Positions 1-9,851 of a stretch of 64,000 nt of DNA are shown in pieces (within the stretch, counting starts at the first letter, position 1; each line of letters starts with the position of its first letter). The position numbers and the translations under genes were made by a program. The stretch lies in assembly GCF_054482595.1 (NCBI RefSeq), contig NZ_CM137008.1. The stretch is one strand, 5' to 3'. The notes under the pieces were generated by a model. The model was not told the DNA's origin. It ran no database searches and saw only the letters and a list, made by a program, of their open reading frames with translations.

Positions 1-533
1 GTTTCCACCGTCACTTCCAGCGGATCGTTAGTTGCAGAAGCCGAAGGCGGTACGATGCGATCAACGGCGGAATCGACAAAGCCAACGTGTTCTTCTACCC
101 ACGCTTTGGCGTCTTCCTGCAGGGCGTTCATCACATGGCCTTTCAGCTGCGTGGTGCCGCGGACCATGTTTTCACAAGCGATGATGTTCAGCGGAGATTC
201 ATTACCTTGTTCTTTACGTTTCACCAGCCCTTTGGCGATAGCCGGAGCAATACGTTCCAGCACTACCGGGCCAACGGCGGTAGTGACTAAATCAACCTGA
301 GCAATGAGATCAACGACATCATCACCAATGCTGCTGACAGCATTGACGCCGGAAACGGTATCTACCTGCTCGGTTTCACCTACCACATGAACCTGATAGC
401 TATGACGGGCATTCAGGGCATCAAGTACCACCTGATTGACATCGGCAAACGTCAGTTGTATACCCGCGTCTGCCAGCAGTTTACCGATAAAGCCACGACC
501 GATATTACCTGCGCCAAAATGTAATGCTTTCAT
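1..533 (-). CDS. mtlD: Mannitol-1-phosphate 5-dehydrogenase, 5' portion (gene continues beyond window start)
   Basis: Reverse-strand translation from ATG at 531-533 gives [15 protein letters not shown]... (Rossmann GxGxxG motif); lies downstream of mtlA in the same orientation as in the mtlADR operon. Confidence 0.9.
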   Translation of the reverse strand, partial: MKALHFGAGNIGRGFIGKLLADAGIQLTFADVNQVVLDALNARHSYQVHVVGETEQVDTVSGVNAVSSIGDDVVDLIAQVDLVTTAVGPVVLERIAPAIAKGLVKRKEQGNESPLNIIACENMVRGTTQLKGHVMNALQEDAKAWVEEHVGFVDSAVDRIVPPSASATNDPLEVTVE

Positions 534-762
<229 letters not shown>

Positions 763-2676
763 TTACTTATGACCTGCCAGCAGTTCCAGCACTTCATCCA
801 CGCTGGTGGTGTGTGCCAGACGCTCGATGACGGACTCATCATCCAGTGCATTGGTCAGGCTGGTGATAACCTGAATGTGCTCGTTGTTACGGGCAGCAAT
901 ACCAATCACCAGACGGGCAATGTCATCTTCTTCTTCACCGAAGCGCACGCCTTCCGGGTACTGGCAGAACACCACGCCCGTTTTCAGTACGCGATCTTTC
1001 GCTTCAACCGTACCGTGTGGCACCGCGATAGACTCACCCAGATAAGTCGGGGTCAGTTTTTCACGATCCAGCATCGCCTGAACGTATTCCGGCTCAACGT
1101 AACCGCCTTTCACCAGCTGCTCGCCAGCAAAACGAATCGCTTCTTCTTTGGTGGCCGCTTTGCGACCGAGGAAGATGTTCTCCGCGCCCAGTTTGAACAG
1201 GTTAGCACTGGAATCGTCAAAGCTGTCTTTCAGACTGTCTTTCACTTTCACTTCGTTTTCAGTATGGCGCTGGGCAGCAACCAGACGTTCGGTCAGGCTG
1301 GTGTACAGGCCGCTGTCGAGGAAGTTGGTCAGCGAAATATGCTGTGCCTGCGGAACCTGGCGCATAGCGCGTTCGGTCAGGTCACGGTGAGTGATGACGA
1401 GGTCCACATCTGGCGGCAGGTTGTTGATCGCACTGTTAGTGACCGAAATCTGCGACAGACCTGCATCCTGAATTTTCTTACGCAGCACGCCTGCGCCCAT
1501 CGCACTTGAACCCATACCGGCGTCACAGGCAACGATGATTTTACGTACGTGGCTCAGGTCGTTAGTCACATCGCCCGCAGACAGCGGAGATGCACCTTTA
1601 GACTCAGCTTTCATGTCCTGCATACGACGAGTTGCTGCTTCAATATCATCTTCTTCTTTCACTTTGCTGGTTTTCAGCAAAATAGCAGAGACAACAAAGG
1701 AGACAGCCATCGCCGCACACACACCCGCGATGTTAGCGAAATAAGCACCTTTTGGTGTCATCGCCAGTACAGCAAGGATAGAACCCGGAGATGCCGGAGA
1801 AACCAGACCACCGCCCAGGATAGTCAGCGTGAACACGCCAGTCATACCGCCGAGGATAACGGCCAGGATCAGACGCGGATTCATCAACACATACGGGAAG
1901 TAAATTTCGTGGATACCACCCAGGAAGTGGATAATTGCCGCACCGCCCGCAGACTGTTTAGCGCTACCACGACCAAAGAACATGTACGCCAGCAGCACGC
2001 CCATACCCGGACCTGGGTTAGCTTCAATCAGGAAGAATATGGATTTACCCAGTTCATGGGACTGCTGAATACCCAGCGGCGAGAAGATACCGTGGTTAAT
2101 GGCGTTGTTGAGGAACAGGATTTTCGCCGGTTCAACAAAGATAGACGCCAGCGGCAGCATGTCATGGACAACCATGAAGTTAACGCCCGCAGCCAGCATT
2201 TTGGACAGGGCTTCAACAATCGGGCCAATGCCGAGAAATGCCAGAATGGCGAGGATCATCCCGATGATGCCTGCGGAGAAGTTATTCACCAGCATCTCAA
2301 AACCGGATTTGATCTTACCGTCTACCCAGCGGTCGAAGTGCTTAATGCACCAGCCGCCCAGCGGACCTGCAATCATAGAACCGAGGAACATCGGCATGTC
2401 TGCGCCGACGATAACGCCCATGGTGGTGATGGCACCGACTACGCCGCCACGTTCGCCGCCTACCAGCTTACCACCGGTATAACCGATCAGCAGCGGCAGG
2501 AGATAAGTGATCATCGGCCCGACCAGCTTCGCCAGCGTCTCGTTCGGTAACCACCCTGTTGGAATAAATAACGCGGTGATGATACCCCACGCGATAAACG
2601 CGCCGATATTTGGCATCACCATGTTGCTGAGGAAACGACCAAAGCTTTGCACTTTGATCTTAATATCGGATGACAT
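763..2676 (-). CDS. mtlA: PTS mannitol-specific EIICBA component
   Basis: 637-aa [35 protein letters not shown]..., membrane EIIC domain followed by EIIB/EIIA domains; synteny with mtlD. Confidence 0.95.
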   Translation of the reverse strand: MSSDIKIKVQSFGRFLSNMVMPNIGAFIAWGIITALFIPTGWLPNETLAKLVGPMITYLLPLLIGYTGGKLVGGERGGVVGAITTMGVIVGADMPMFLGSMIAGPLGGWCIKHFDRWVDGKIKSGFEMLVNNFSAGIIGMILAILAFLGIGPIVEALSKMLAAGVNFMVVHDMLPLASIFVEPAKILFLNNAINHGIFSPLGIQQSHELGKSIFFLIEANPGPGMGVLLAYMFFGRGSAKQSAGGAAIIHFLGGIHEIYFPYVLMNPRLILAVILGGMTGVFTLTILGGGLVSPASPGSILAVLAMTPKGAYFANIAGVCAAMAVSFVVSAILLKTSKVKEEDDIEAATRRMQDMKAESKGASPLSAGDVTNDLSHVRKIIVACDAGMGSSAMGAGVLRKKIQDAGLSQISVTNSAINNLPPDVDLVITHRDLTERAMRQVPQAQHISLTNFLDSGLYTSLTERLVAAQRHTENEVKVKDSLKDSFDDSSANLFKLGAENIFLGRKAATKEEAIRFAGEQLVKGGYVEPEYVQAMLDREKLTPTYLGESIAVPHGTVEAKDRVLKTGVVFCQYPEGVRFGEEEDDIARLVIGIAARNNEHIQVITSLTNALDDESVIERLAHTTSVDEVLELLAGHK

Positions 2677-2819
2677 AAAAACACCCCTTCTTATGTTTGC
2701 TGTCGCGCAGGCTGGAAGCCCGAGGTTTTTTGTTAATGTGGCGGCAGAGGTAGCCGGACCTTGTAGATACTGCGAAATCTGGCACTGAATCGGTTAACTG
2801 TCCAGTCGACGGCCTTTTG

Positions 2820-3040
2820 TGTGATATCAGTCACATAAATATAGGGGGTAGAGAGGTAATTGACGTGATACTCATCACAAAACGCTTGTGTAAAAAAGCA
2901 ACAAGACGGCGATTTTCGCTAAAAATGGCATTTAAATGTGAGTAGTGTCACATTTTTGTTTTGATGGTTTGTTGAATCTTTGTGATCTGAATCACAAGAT
3001 ATTTTCTTACGGCGTTCACCTGATGTGATCTACAGCATGT
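2820..3040 (-). promoter_or_regulatory. mtlA promoter region with an array of CRP-type sites
   Basis: Four perfect TGTGA-N6-TCACA palindromes at 2820-2835, 2864-2879, 2937-2952 and 2981-2996, plus a half-site near 3024, upstream of the mtlA start; consistent with the known multi-CRP-site mtl promoter. Confidence 0.7.
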
Positions 3041-3212
3041 TATGCCTTCGTCATACAATCGTTATGTAACTAAGCAACTCATCACCTCTAAAAATTATTC
3101 TTTGGTGTTATGGCGAGAATCGCGAACCCGGATTATTGTCAAAATATCAGCCTGACTCCCTTCTGGCTGCCAGCCCAAAAACAACACTGATAAACGTGAA
3201 TCCGAGGCAGAT

Positions 3213-3575
3213 ATGTTTCTAAACTATTTCGCGTTGGGAGTGCTGATCTTCGTCTTTCTGGTGATTTTTTATGGAATCATCGCGATACATGACATCCCTT
3301 ATCTGATTGCCAAAAAGCGCAATCACCCCCATGCCGACGCTATTCATACGGCGGGCTGGGTGAGCCTGTTTACTCTGCATGTTATCTGGCCGTTTCTGTG
3401 GATCTGGGCGACGCTCTATCAACCGGAGCGTGGCTGGGGTATGCAGTCACATGTTGCGTCGCAGGAGAAAGCAACTGACCCGGAAATCGCCTCACTTTCT
3501 GACCGAATTTCCCGGCTGGAGCATCAACTCGCCGCCGAGAAAAAGACTGACTATTCCACGTTCCCGGAGATCTAA
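3213..3575 (+). CDS. yibI: DUF3302-type small inner-membrane protein
   Basis: 120-aa ORF with an N-terminal hydrophobic segment and a C-terminal coiled-coil-like tail; paralogue of the yiaW-like ORF at 21791; immediately precedes the HlyD-like gene. Confidence 0.8.
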   Translation: MFLNYFALGVLIFVFLVIFYGIIAIHDIPYLIAKKRNHPHADAIHTAGWVSLFTLHVIWPFLWIWATLYQPERGWGMQSHVASQEKATDPEIASLSDRISRLEHQLAAEKKTDYSTFPEI

Positions 3576-3577
3576 TT

Positions 3578-4714
3578 ATGGATCTATTGATTGTTTTAAC
3601 TTACGTGGCGCTGGCGTGGGCGGTCTTTAAAATCTTCCGCATTCCGGTAAATCAGTGGACGCTGGCGACGGCGGCGCTGGGAGGCGTGTTTCTGGTGAGT
3701 GGTTTGATTTTGTTGATGAACTACAACCACCCTTACACTTTTACCGCGCAAAAGGCAGTGATAGCGATCCCTATCACGCCACAGGTGACGGGAATTGTTA
3801 CTGAAGTCACTGACAAGAATAATCAGCTTATTCAAAAGGGCGAGGTGCTTTTTAAGCTCGACCCGGTTCGTTACCAGGCGCGAGTTGACAGACTTCAGGC
3901 TGACCTGATGACGGCGACGCATAATATAAAAACGCTGCGCGCCCAGCTCACTGAAGCGCAGGCCAACACCACCCAGGTTTCAGCGGAGCGCGACCGTCTG
4001 TTTAAAAATTATCAACGTTACCTGAAAGGCAGCCAGGCGGCGGTGAATCCGTTCTCGGAACGTGACATCGACGATGCGCGGCAAAATTTCCTCGCGCAGG
4101 ATGCGTTAGTGAAAGGCTCGGTGGCGGAGCAGGCGCAGATCCAGAGTCAGCTCGACAGTATGGTCAACGGCGAGCAATCGCAGATTGTGAGCTTAAGAGC
4201 GCAACTTACTGAAGCAAAATATAATCTTGAGCAGACTGTCATTCGCGCACCAAGCAATGGCTACGTCACTCAGGTACTGATCCGCCCAGGCACATACGCA
4301 GCTGCCTTGCCGTTGCGTCCGGTGATGGTTTTCATCCCCGAGCAAAAACGGCAAATTGTCGCCCAATTTCGGCAAAACTCGCTGTTACGTCTGAAACCTG
4401 GCGATGATGCGGAAGTGGTGTTTAACGCGCTACCTGGGCAGGTGTTCCACGGCAAACTGACCAGTATTTTACCTGTCGTGCCAGGCGGTTCTTATCAGGC
4501 GCAGGGGGTATTGCAATCATTAACGGTCGTGCCCGGCACGGACGGTGTGCTGGGAACCATTGAACTGGACCCTAACGATGATATCGATGCCTTACCCGAC
4601 GGCATTTACGCCCAGGTGGCAGTTTACTCCGACCATTTCAGCCATGTTTCGGTGATGCGAAAAGTGCTGCTAAGAATGACCAGCTGGATGCATTATCTTT
4701 ATTTGGATCATTGA
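3578..4714 (+). CDS. yibH: HlyD-family membrane-fusion-like protein
   Basis: 378-aa ORF with one N-terminal TM segment and long coiled-coil regions; SD ggaga before the ATG; paralogue of the yiaV-like ORF at 22120. Confidence 0.85.
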   Translation: MDLLIVLTYVALAWAVFKIFRIPVNQWTLATAALGGVFLVSGLILLMNYNHPYTFTAQKAVIAIPITPQVTGIVTEVTDKNNQLIQKGEVLFKLDPVRYQARVDRLQADLMTATHNIKTLRAQLTEAQANTTQVSAERDRLFKNYQRYLKGSQAAVNPFSERDIDDARQNFLAQDALVKGSVAEQAQIQSQLDSMVNGEQSQIVSLRAQLTEAKYNLEQTVIRAPSNGYVTQVLIRPGTYAAALPLRPVMVFIPEQKRQIVAQFRQNSLLRLKPGDDAEVVFNALPGQVFHGKLTSILPVVPGGSYQAQGVLQSLTVVPGTDGVLGTIELDPNDDIDALPDGIYAQVAVYSDHFSHVSVMRKVLLRMTSWMHYLYLDH

Positions 4715-5173
4715 GGGGGAAGGGGGAGATTATGGAACTTTGCTCCCTGTAAGGACTAATTATTTTTGCATATTATTTCATCGGCTGTGATGATTTTTCG
4801 TTAATATCCATTATGTTAAGAAGTTCGGGATGAGTGTGAACTCATTGGATTTTTTATCCGTCTTGATCTGCCGAAGGATCAGACTATACATTGTCGAGAT
4901 CGCAATGATGATATGAGTTGTTCCTCCTGCGACGGCTCTAATCAAAAAAGAGCAGGAGTGCTTTTCCATCTATTGCGATGATGGCTTTATTATCTGAAGG
5001 ATGACAGTCACATTTAAAAAATATTTAATCTATAGATCACAATGTAGGGTCATGGAATATATGTATACAACTATTTTCTTCTTCACTTTTAATTATCGTG
5101 TTCATTATAAAACCAAGTTAAAAAAACTCCTGGAGAGTGACTTATTAATATATTTTTAAATAAAATTAAGTTA

Positions 5174-5695
5174 TTATTCATCGATGCATTTTATAGAATC
5201 ATCAATGGCCATAATAGTACTATTAACTCTCCACTTTATATTTTTATCATCACTACAAATATTAACTGAATTTATATCAATGATTTTTTTATTCTTATCT
5301 TTTGTTTTATTTACTGTTTCAATGCAATCAGCGGCAAGTTGGAGTGGATTTAGATTTTTCAGATATGGTCTTATGATCTTTCCCTTACTTAATAAATAGC
5401 ATGTATAGGATTCGGAAAGTCCAGCATCTATTTTGTACCTCATTATATTAGATAAGGATGTGAGAAATTCCTTGTTATCATTCGCAGCCATATATGCCAG
5501 TCCGAGTTCAGCCTCTGCGGCCTTACAGGCAAAATAGCTAAGTGAACACGCTTTTCGTCCCTCTTTAGTACTGGCTGATATTAGTGCCCATAATATTGCT
5601 TTGTCTGCCAAATCTAACTCTCTCTGAAATTGTCTTGCAGTAACTGCACTCGCAGAAATAGAGAAAAAAAATACAATTGTTAATAACTTTGCCAT
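5174..5695 (-). CDS. Putative secreted immunity protein for the adjacent orphan Rhs toxin tip (yibG-like by position)
   Basis: 173-aa ORF with a signal-peptide-like N-terminus (MAKLLTIVFFFSISASAVTA); AT-rich; directly downstream of the orphan Rhs C-terminal module. Confidence 0.55.
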   Translation of the reverse strand: MAKLLTIVFFFSISASAVTARQFQRELDLADKAILWALISASTKEGRKACSLSYFACKAAEAELGLAYMAANDNKEFLTSLSNIMRYKIDAGLSESYTCYLLSKGKIIRPYLKNLNPLQLAADCIETVNKTKDKNKKIIDINSVNICSDDKNIKWRVNSTIMAIDDSIKCIDE

Positions 5696-5700
5696 ATTTT

Positions 5701-6594
5701 TTAGTCCGTAACTGTTAATGTGCTATCTGGCTCTGAAAATATTAACTCATTTAATTTTTGCATGTCATTAGATGAACCAGTTATACAACCCTCGGAACAG
5801 AATCGAGGTCCTAAAGACGGACCGAAAGCGTTTAAACAACTATGTGTTAAAAATCCATCACGATTATATGTTTCTGTATTTGCTGACGGTACTAAACGTA
5901 TACCATTAGGTTTTCTATTGGTTGCTCCAGGACCATTAACATTCCAGCTCCATACCCCTTGAGGTATTGGACCTCTATTTTGTAAGTGTGTACAACCAGG
6001 ATTATTTTTACATTGCATATTATTACCATTATTACCAGAGGCGACAGGAATAGTAAGCACATCATAAGAGTTATCATCATTTTGCGTATCTGAAACGCAT
6101 GAAAGCATACTTAAAGTTATGCTGTATAAACAGGTCGCTAATCCCAACGGGTCAATATCAGTTATCGGATTCAACGGATACTGATAAAAATTCCATCCCC
6201 CTTTCAGCCCAATCGGATCCTGAGTGATATATCGCCCCTGCAGCGGGTCATAATAGCGGTGGCGGTTGTAATACAGGCCGGACTCCTCATCATACTGCTG
6301 CCCCGGCAGGCGGATAAGCTGCTGCAGCTGATGCGGGTTCTCTTCATTCAGCAGGTTGCCCCACTCATCGTATTCTGCGCACCATTCTGTAGCACCTTCC
6401 GTGCTGATAAGCGCCAGCGGCAGGCCGCGATGGTCGCAGTGGTACAGGTGGATTTTTCGCGCCGGCGTGTACACCGGGTCCATCTGGTTTTGCATCTGCG
6501 CCACCGTCAGGCCGCACGATGCCAGCCAGCGGCGGCTTTCCTCACTCACCCGGTCAGCCAGGATTTCACTTTCCAGCCGGTCGAGCATCTGCAC
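5701..6594 (-). CDS. Orphan Rhs C-terminal module: truncated core end (through DPxGL) plus variable toxin tip, no native start (yibJ-like by position)
   Basis: ORF contains ...[39 protein letters not shown] followed by a ~145-aa AT-rich tip; homology to the main rhs core stops abruptly near 6595. Confidence 0.75.
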   Translation of the reverse strand: MQMLDRLESEILADRVSEESRRWLASCGLTVAQMQNQMDPVYTPARKIHLYHCDHRGLPLALISTEGATEWCAEYDEWGNLLNEENPHQLQQLIRLPGQQYDEESGLYYNRHRYYDPLQGRYITQDPIGLKGGWNFYQYPLNPITDIDPLGLATCLYSITLSMLSCVSDTQNDDNSYDVLTIPVASGNNGNNMQCKNNPGCTHLQNRGPIPQGVWSWNVNGPGATNRKPNGIRLVPSANTETYNRDGFLTHSCLNAFGPSLGPRFCSEGCITGSSNDMQKLNELIFSEPDSTLTVTD

Positions 6595-6595
6595 C
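6165..6595 (-). repeat. Rhs 3' core repeat, copy 3 (partial)
   Basis: About 430 bp near-identical to 10330-10760 and 8462-8890 (e.g. ccaatcggatcctgagtgatata...gcgggtcataatagcggtggcggttgtaatacaggccggactcctcatcatactgctg). Confidence 0.9.
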
Positions 6596-6635
6596 GTGCC
6601 GGCGGGAATCCCCCACTGTGCATAGGCAACTCACG

Positions 6636-7478
6636 CTATGAACGCTTCAGCTTATCAATAGCGGAAGTTATAATTTCATTGTCATCAAACTTGTACAACA
6701 TAGTATCTAAAACAGGAAGTAGCGTTTTATCACCTAATTCACCCGCAGCTTCAATGATATCATCATAAACAGTATTTTTTTTTAACTCATCGCATAAAAC
6801 AGATAAAACCCTTTTATCTTTTCTGTAGGAAAGTCAGATTATTGCTTCAATACGGACTTCCTCATTTTTATCCTGAAGCATCTCCACAAAATAATCCCTA
6901 ATATCACTATTATCATATTTATTGATATTTATTGCAAATGCGGCCCAGTTTCTGACATCTCCATTTGGATCTTTTAACAGATTAATCAATAGTGGAATTG
7001 TTGCTTTATCATTGATAACAGAAATAGCAAATGCTGTAGCACGTCTGACATTAGTCGATTTATCAAAAGCAGTAATTTGAGATTGTTCTACTATTTTAGG
7101 TGAATAATTTGGGTTTTTCTTGCATCGCTGAGCCGTTGACTCGATTGCCGTAGCTCGAACGCAAGCGCTCTTATCATTCAATGCCATATTGTTCAAAATA
7201 TTAAAAACATTATCTTCGCATTTTTTGCAAATTTTTATTTGCCCGAGTATAAATGCTCCGATATCTCTACGGATATAATTTTTATCAGAGCAGAACTCAA
7301 TTGCCAATCTAACAGCGTCTTGCCCACCTCTTAACTGTAATACTCTGGCAGATGAAATCCTTTTCAAGGAATTGTGATCATCAAGTAAGCGAAATAATTC
7401 ATCATCATTTAGTTTCTTACATTGATTATATAAACCATACTCTTTACTTGCCTTTCTTTTCTGGTATGTATTTGACAT
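6636..7478 (-). pseudogene. yibA: HEAT-repeat protein YibA, interrupted by an in-frame TGA
   Basis: Translation from the MSNTYQKRKASKEYGLYNQCKK start reads to ...EVRIEAII then TGA (6834-6836); the same frame continues LSYRKDKRVLSVLCDELKKNTVYDD...DKLKRS to a TAG at 6636-6638. Confidence 0.7.
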
Positions 7479-7582
7479 TGCAGGAACCTCCACAAAGGCT
7501 ATCTTTTTTTATCGTTTGACTGTCTGGAGTCCTCCACCTACTCTGCCATCAGCGCACACGATGTTTGATTATCCTTACATAC

Positions 7583-7966
7583 TTATTTTCCGTGGCCAAA
7601 ATTCAGAATTCTCCCATCATTTTTGCCTATTTCTATAATAAAAACCCCACCAGCAATTTGGTCTGAGTGAATGGTACCTTCAACAACCCAACTTGTTGTT
7701 AACTCAGTGATTTCGTATGGTTTTTCTTCTTCTGCGGCATCCTGTCCATAACGATTCTTAACATATATCTCAGCTAATTCCAATGCTATAGCTTTATTTT
7801 TAACCAAATTTCTAACGGTATATTTACCTTCACTTTCATACTTGCGCATTATTTTAATATTATTATTACACTGCGCCCATGTGTTGTATGTAAAAACAAA
7901 CAAAGATACAATGACACATTTCCTAAACAATATTTTTTTACATATTACCATGAACTCTGCAGACAT
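7583..7966 (-). CDS. Putative immunity protein for orphan Rhs tip 1 (possibly a lipoprotein or secreted)
   Basis: 127-aa ORF, AT-rich, hydrophobic N-terminus ([24 protein letters not shown]); overlaps the 3' end of the orphan toxin ORF; true start may be the internal Met at 7951. Confidence 0.5.
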   Translation of the reverse strand: MSAEFMVICKKILFRKCVIVSLFVFTYNTWAQCNNNIKIMRKYESEGKYTVRNLVKNKAIALELAEIYVKNRYGQDAAEEEKPYEITELTTSWVVEGTIHSDQIAGGVFIIEIGKNDGRILNFGHGK

Positions 7967-9407
7967 TAGGTAATCCTTTTCCGTTTGTTATTTCCTTCCC
8001 GTGGTTATCTATTGCTTTAAAATTACCACTGGGCGTACCTAAATAAAATGACTTGATATTGTTATCTTTACTTTTAACTATTTTCTCATCTTTACCTGAA
8101 AATATTTCGTCCCAATATTCTCCATGACTATCTGCACCATGAGTATGATAAGCTGATACTTTCTCAGTACCATTAGGGCAAGGGCTATTGAATGGATATG
8201 ATCCTTTTCTTTCTCCTCGGTTAGGTGCTGTTGAGAAATATCTGCCACTATTATCCTTACATATTAAACCAGCGAACTCTTTATCTTCGCAAATAGATTG
8301 GCTATTTATTTTATTTAAGGCGTCATATGCGGTGCTATCTATAGAATCAAATTTATCTGGACCTATCATAGCGGATAGTGTGCCGCAAAGACCATTAGTA
8401 CATGCCCCCGATTTTGCATCCTCCCACATAGATAAACCCAGGGGGTCGATGTCTGATATCGGATTCAATTGATATCCATACAGGTTCCATCCCCCCTTCA
8501 GCCCAATCGGATCCTGAGTGATATACCTCCCCTGCAGCGGGTCATAATAGCGGTGGCGGTTGTAATACAGGCCGGACTCCTCATCATACTGCTGACCCGG
8601 CAGGCGGATGAGCTGCTGCAGCTGGTGCGGGTTCTCTTCATTCAGCAGGTTGCCCCATTCATCGTATTCTGCGCACCATTCTGTAGCCCCTTCCGTGCTG
8701 ATAAGCGCCAGCGGCAGGCCGCGATGGTCGCAGTGGTACAGGTGGATTTTTCGCGCCGGCGTGTACACCGGGTCCATCTGGTTTTGCATCTGCTCCACCG
8801 TCAGGCCGCACGATGCCAGCCAGCGGCGGCTTTCCTCACTCACCCGGTCAGCCAGGATTTCACTTTCCAGCCGGTCGAGCATCTGCACCAGCACCGGCGG
8901 GAACACCACACTGCCACCGTCTTCGCCGCCGGACTGCTGAAGGGCATCCGCCAGGCTGCGGCGCTGCGTTTTCGCCAGCTCACCGGTGGCAGTTTCGACC
9001 CTGATGAGTGGCGTGAAGCTCCCCGGCTGATAAATCGTCTGGATGCGGCTCCTGTCGTTCTGTATCGTGGTCAGCCGGTCGCCGTCCCAGCCGTACCAGG
9101 TCACTTGCGGTTTCCGTGACAGCGACATCCAGCCCGTCAGGTCCCGTTCACGCCGCCACACCCGTTTTGCCACCCTGCGGCCCAGCGGGTCGTAAAGATA
9201 GCGACTTTCGACCAGCGGCTCTGCATATTGTGTCCGCGTGTAGTGCACCAGCCGGTGCTGACTGTCGTAATGGTACCGGTGGGTGCGCTCATCATCCGTG
9301 CGGATAACCCCTTCCGGGATGAGGTCGGTTTTCTCCGTCAGCCTGCCGTGACGGTCATACCGGTAAAGATAGTGCGCGTCACGGGCGATACGGTTATCCG
9401 GCCACAT
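7938..9407 (-). CDS. Orphan Rhs C-terminal module 1: about 1 kb of core 3' end plus a distinct ~175-aa toxin tip, no native start
   Basis: 489-aa ORF beginning inside core sequence ([18 protein letters not shown]...), includes [27 protein letters not shown] then an AT-rich tip; core homology to the main gene ends near 9480. Confidence 0.75.
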   Translation of the reverse strand: MWPDNRIARDAHYLYRYDRHGRLTEKTDLIPEGVIRTDDERTHRYHYDSQHRLVHYTRTQYAEPLVESRYLYDPLGRRVAKRVWRRERDLTGWMSLSRKPQVTWYGWDGDRLTTIQNDRSRIQTIYQPGSFTPLIRVETATGELAKTQRRSLADALQQSGGEDGGSVVFPPVLVQMLDRLESEILADRVSEESRRWLASCGLTVEQMQNQMDPVYTPARKIHLYHCDHRGLPLALISTEGATEWCAEYDEWGNLLNEENPHQLQQLIRLPGQQYDEESGLYYNRHRYYDPLQGRYITQDPIGLKGGWNLYGYQLNPISDIDPLGLSMWEDAKSGACTNGLCGTLSAMIGPDKFDSIDSTAYDALNKINSQSICEDKEFAGLICKDNSGRYFSTAPNRGERKGSYPFNSPCPNGTEKVSAYHTHGADSHGEYWDEIFSGKDEKIVKSKDNNIKSFYLGTPSGNFKAIDNHGKEITNGKGLPNVCRVHGNM

Positions 9408-9480
9408 GCTGAGGGCGCTGTCCGGGTGCAGCTCCGGGTCGGGCAGGCGGTTACCTGCCGGGTCTGTGGCATACGGGATA
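8462..9480 (-). repeat. Rhs 3' core repeat, copy 2
   Basis: About 1 kb highly similar to 10330-11350 of the main rhs gene. Confidence 0.9.
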
Positions 9481-9524
9481 TCAATGCCCAGGTTACATAT
9501 AATAATAAGAGCAATTAACTTAAT

Positions 9525-9851
9525 TTATTTGTTTATAATGCGCTTACTTAATACAAACCATTGAATATACCCTCCTGACAGAAAATAAAGCCATATTATT
9601 ATCGCCATAATATACTTACTATCAATCCTTACGCCAATAATGTCTGATACAGTCCCTATAAATATTAGAGCAATAAAGAATACTATGCCTGTTGGAAAAC
9701 ATATTACCATCATTCCATAAGACATGAGACTAATTAACTCGCTCACATCACGAGTGGAGTCTAATAGTGAAAGTCTATGCATGGAAAAGAATAGTATTAA
9801 AAGCGATAAAGCCAGCCATATAGCTCTGAATAAAAAAATAATATATTTCAT
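9525..9851 (-). CDS. Putative RhsI immunity protein (small polytopic membrane protein) for the main Rhs tip
   Basis: 108-aa ORF with about three hydrophobic helices; start codon overlaps the rhs stop by 1 nt (TAATG); AT-rich. Confidence 0.6.
   Translation of the reverse strand: MKYIIFLFRAIWLALSLLILFFSMHRLSLLDSTRDVSELISLMSYGMMVICFPTGIVFFIALIFIGTVSDIIGVRIDSKYIMAIIIWLYFLSGGYIQWFVLSKRIINK

Noticed and set aside
1549-2550. 333-aa plus-strand ORF (plus 2099-2482 and 769-1509) inside mtlA
   Set aside because: Antisense to a well-supported conserved gene; Arg/His-rich low-complexity translation typical of spurious frames.
6834-6836. In-frame TGA in yibA as a possible selenocysteine codon, given selA/selB nearby
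   Set aside because: No SECIS-like stem-loop immediately downstream and the aligned residue is Gly in the recalled K-12 protein; a nonsense mutation or sequencing error is far more likely.
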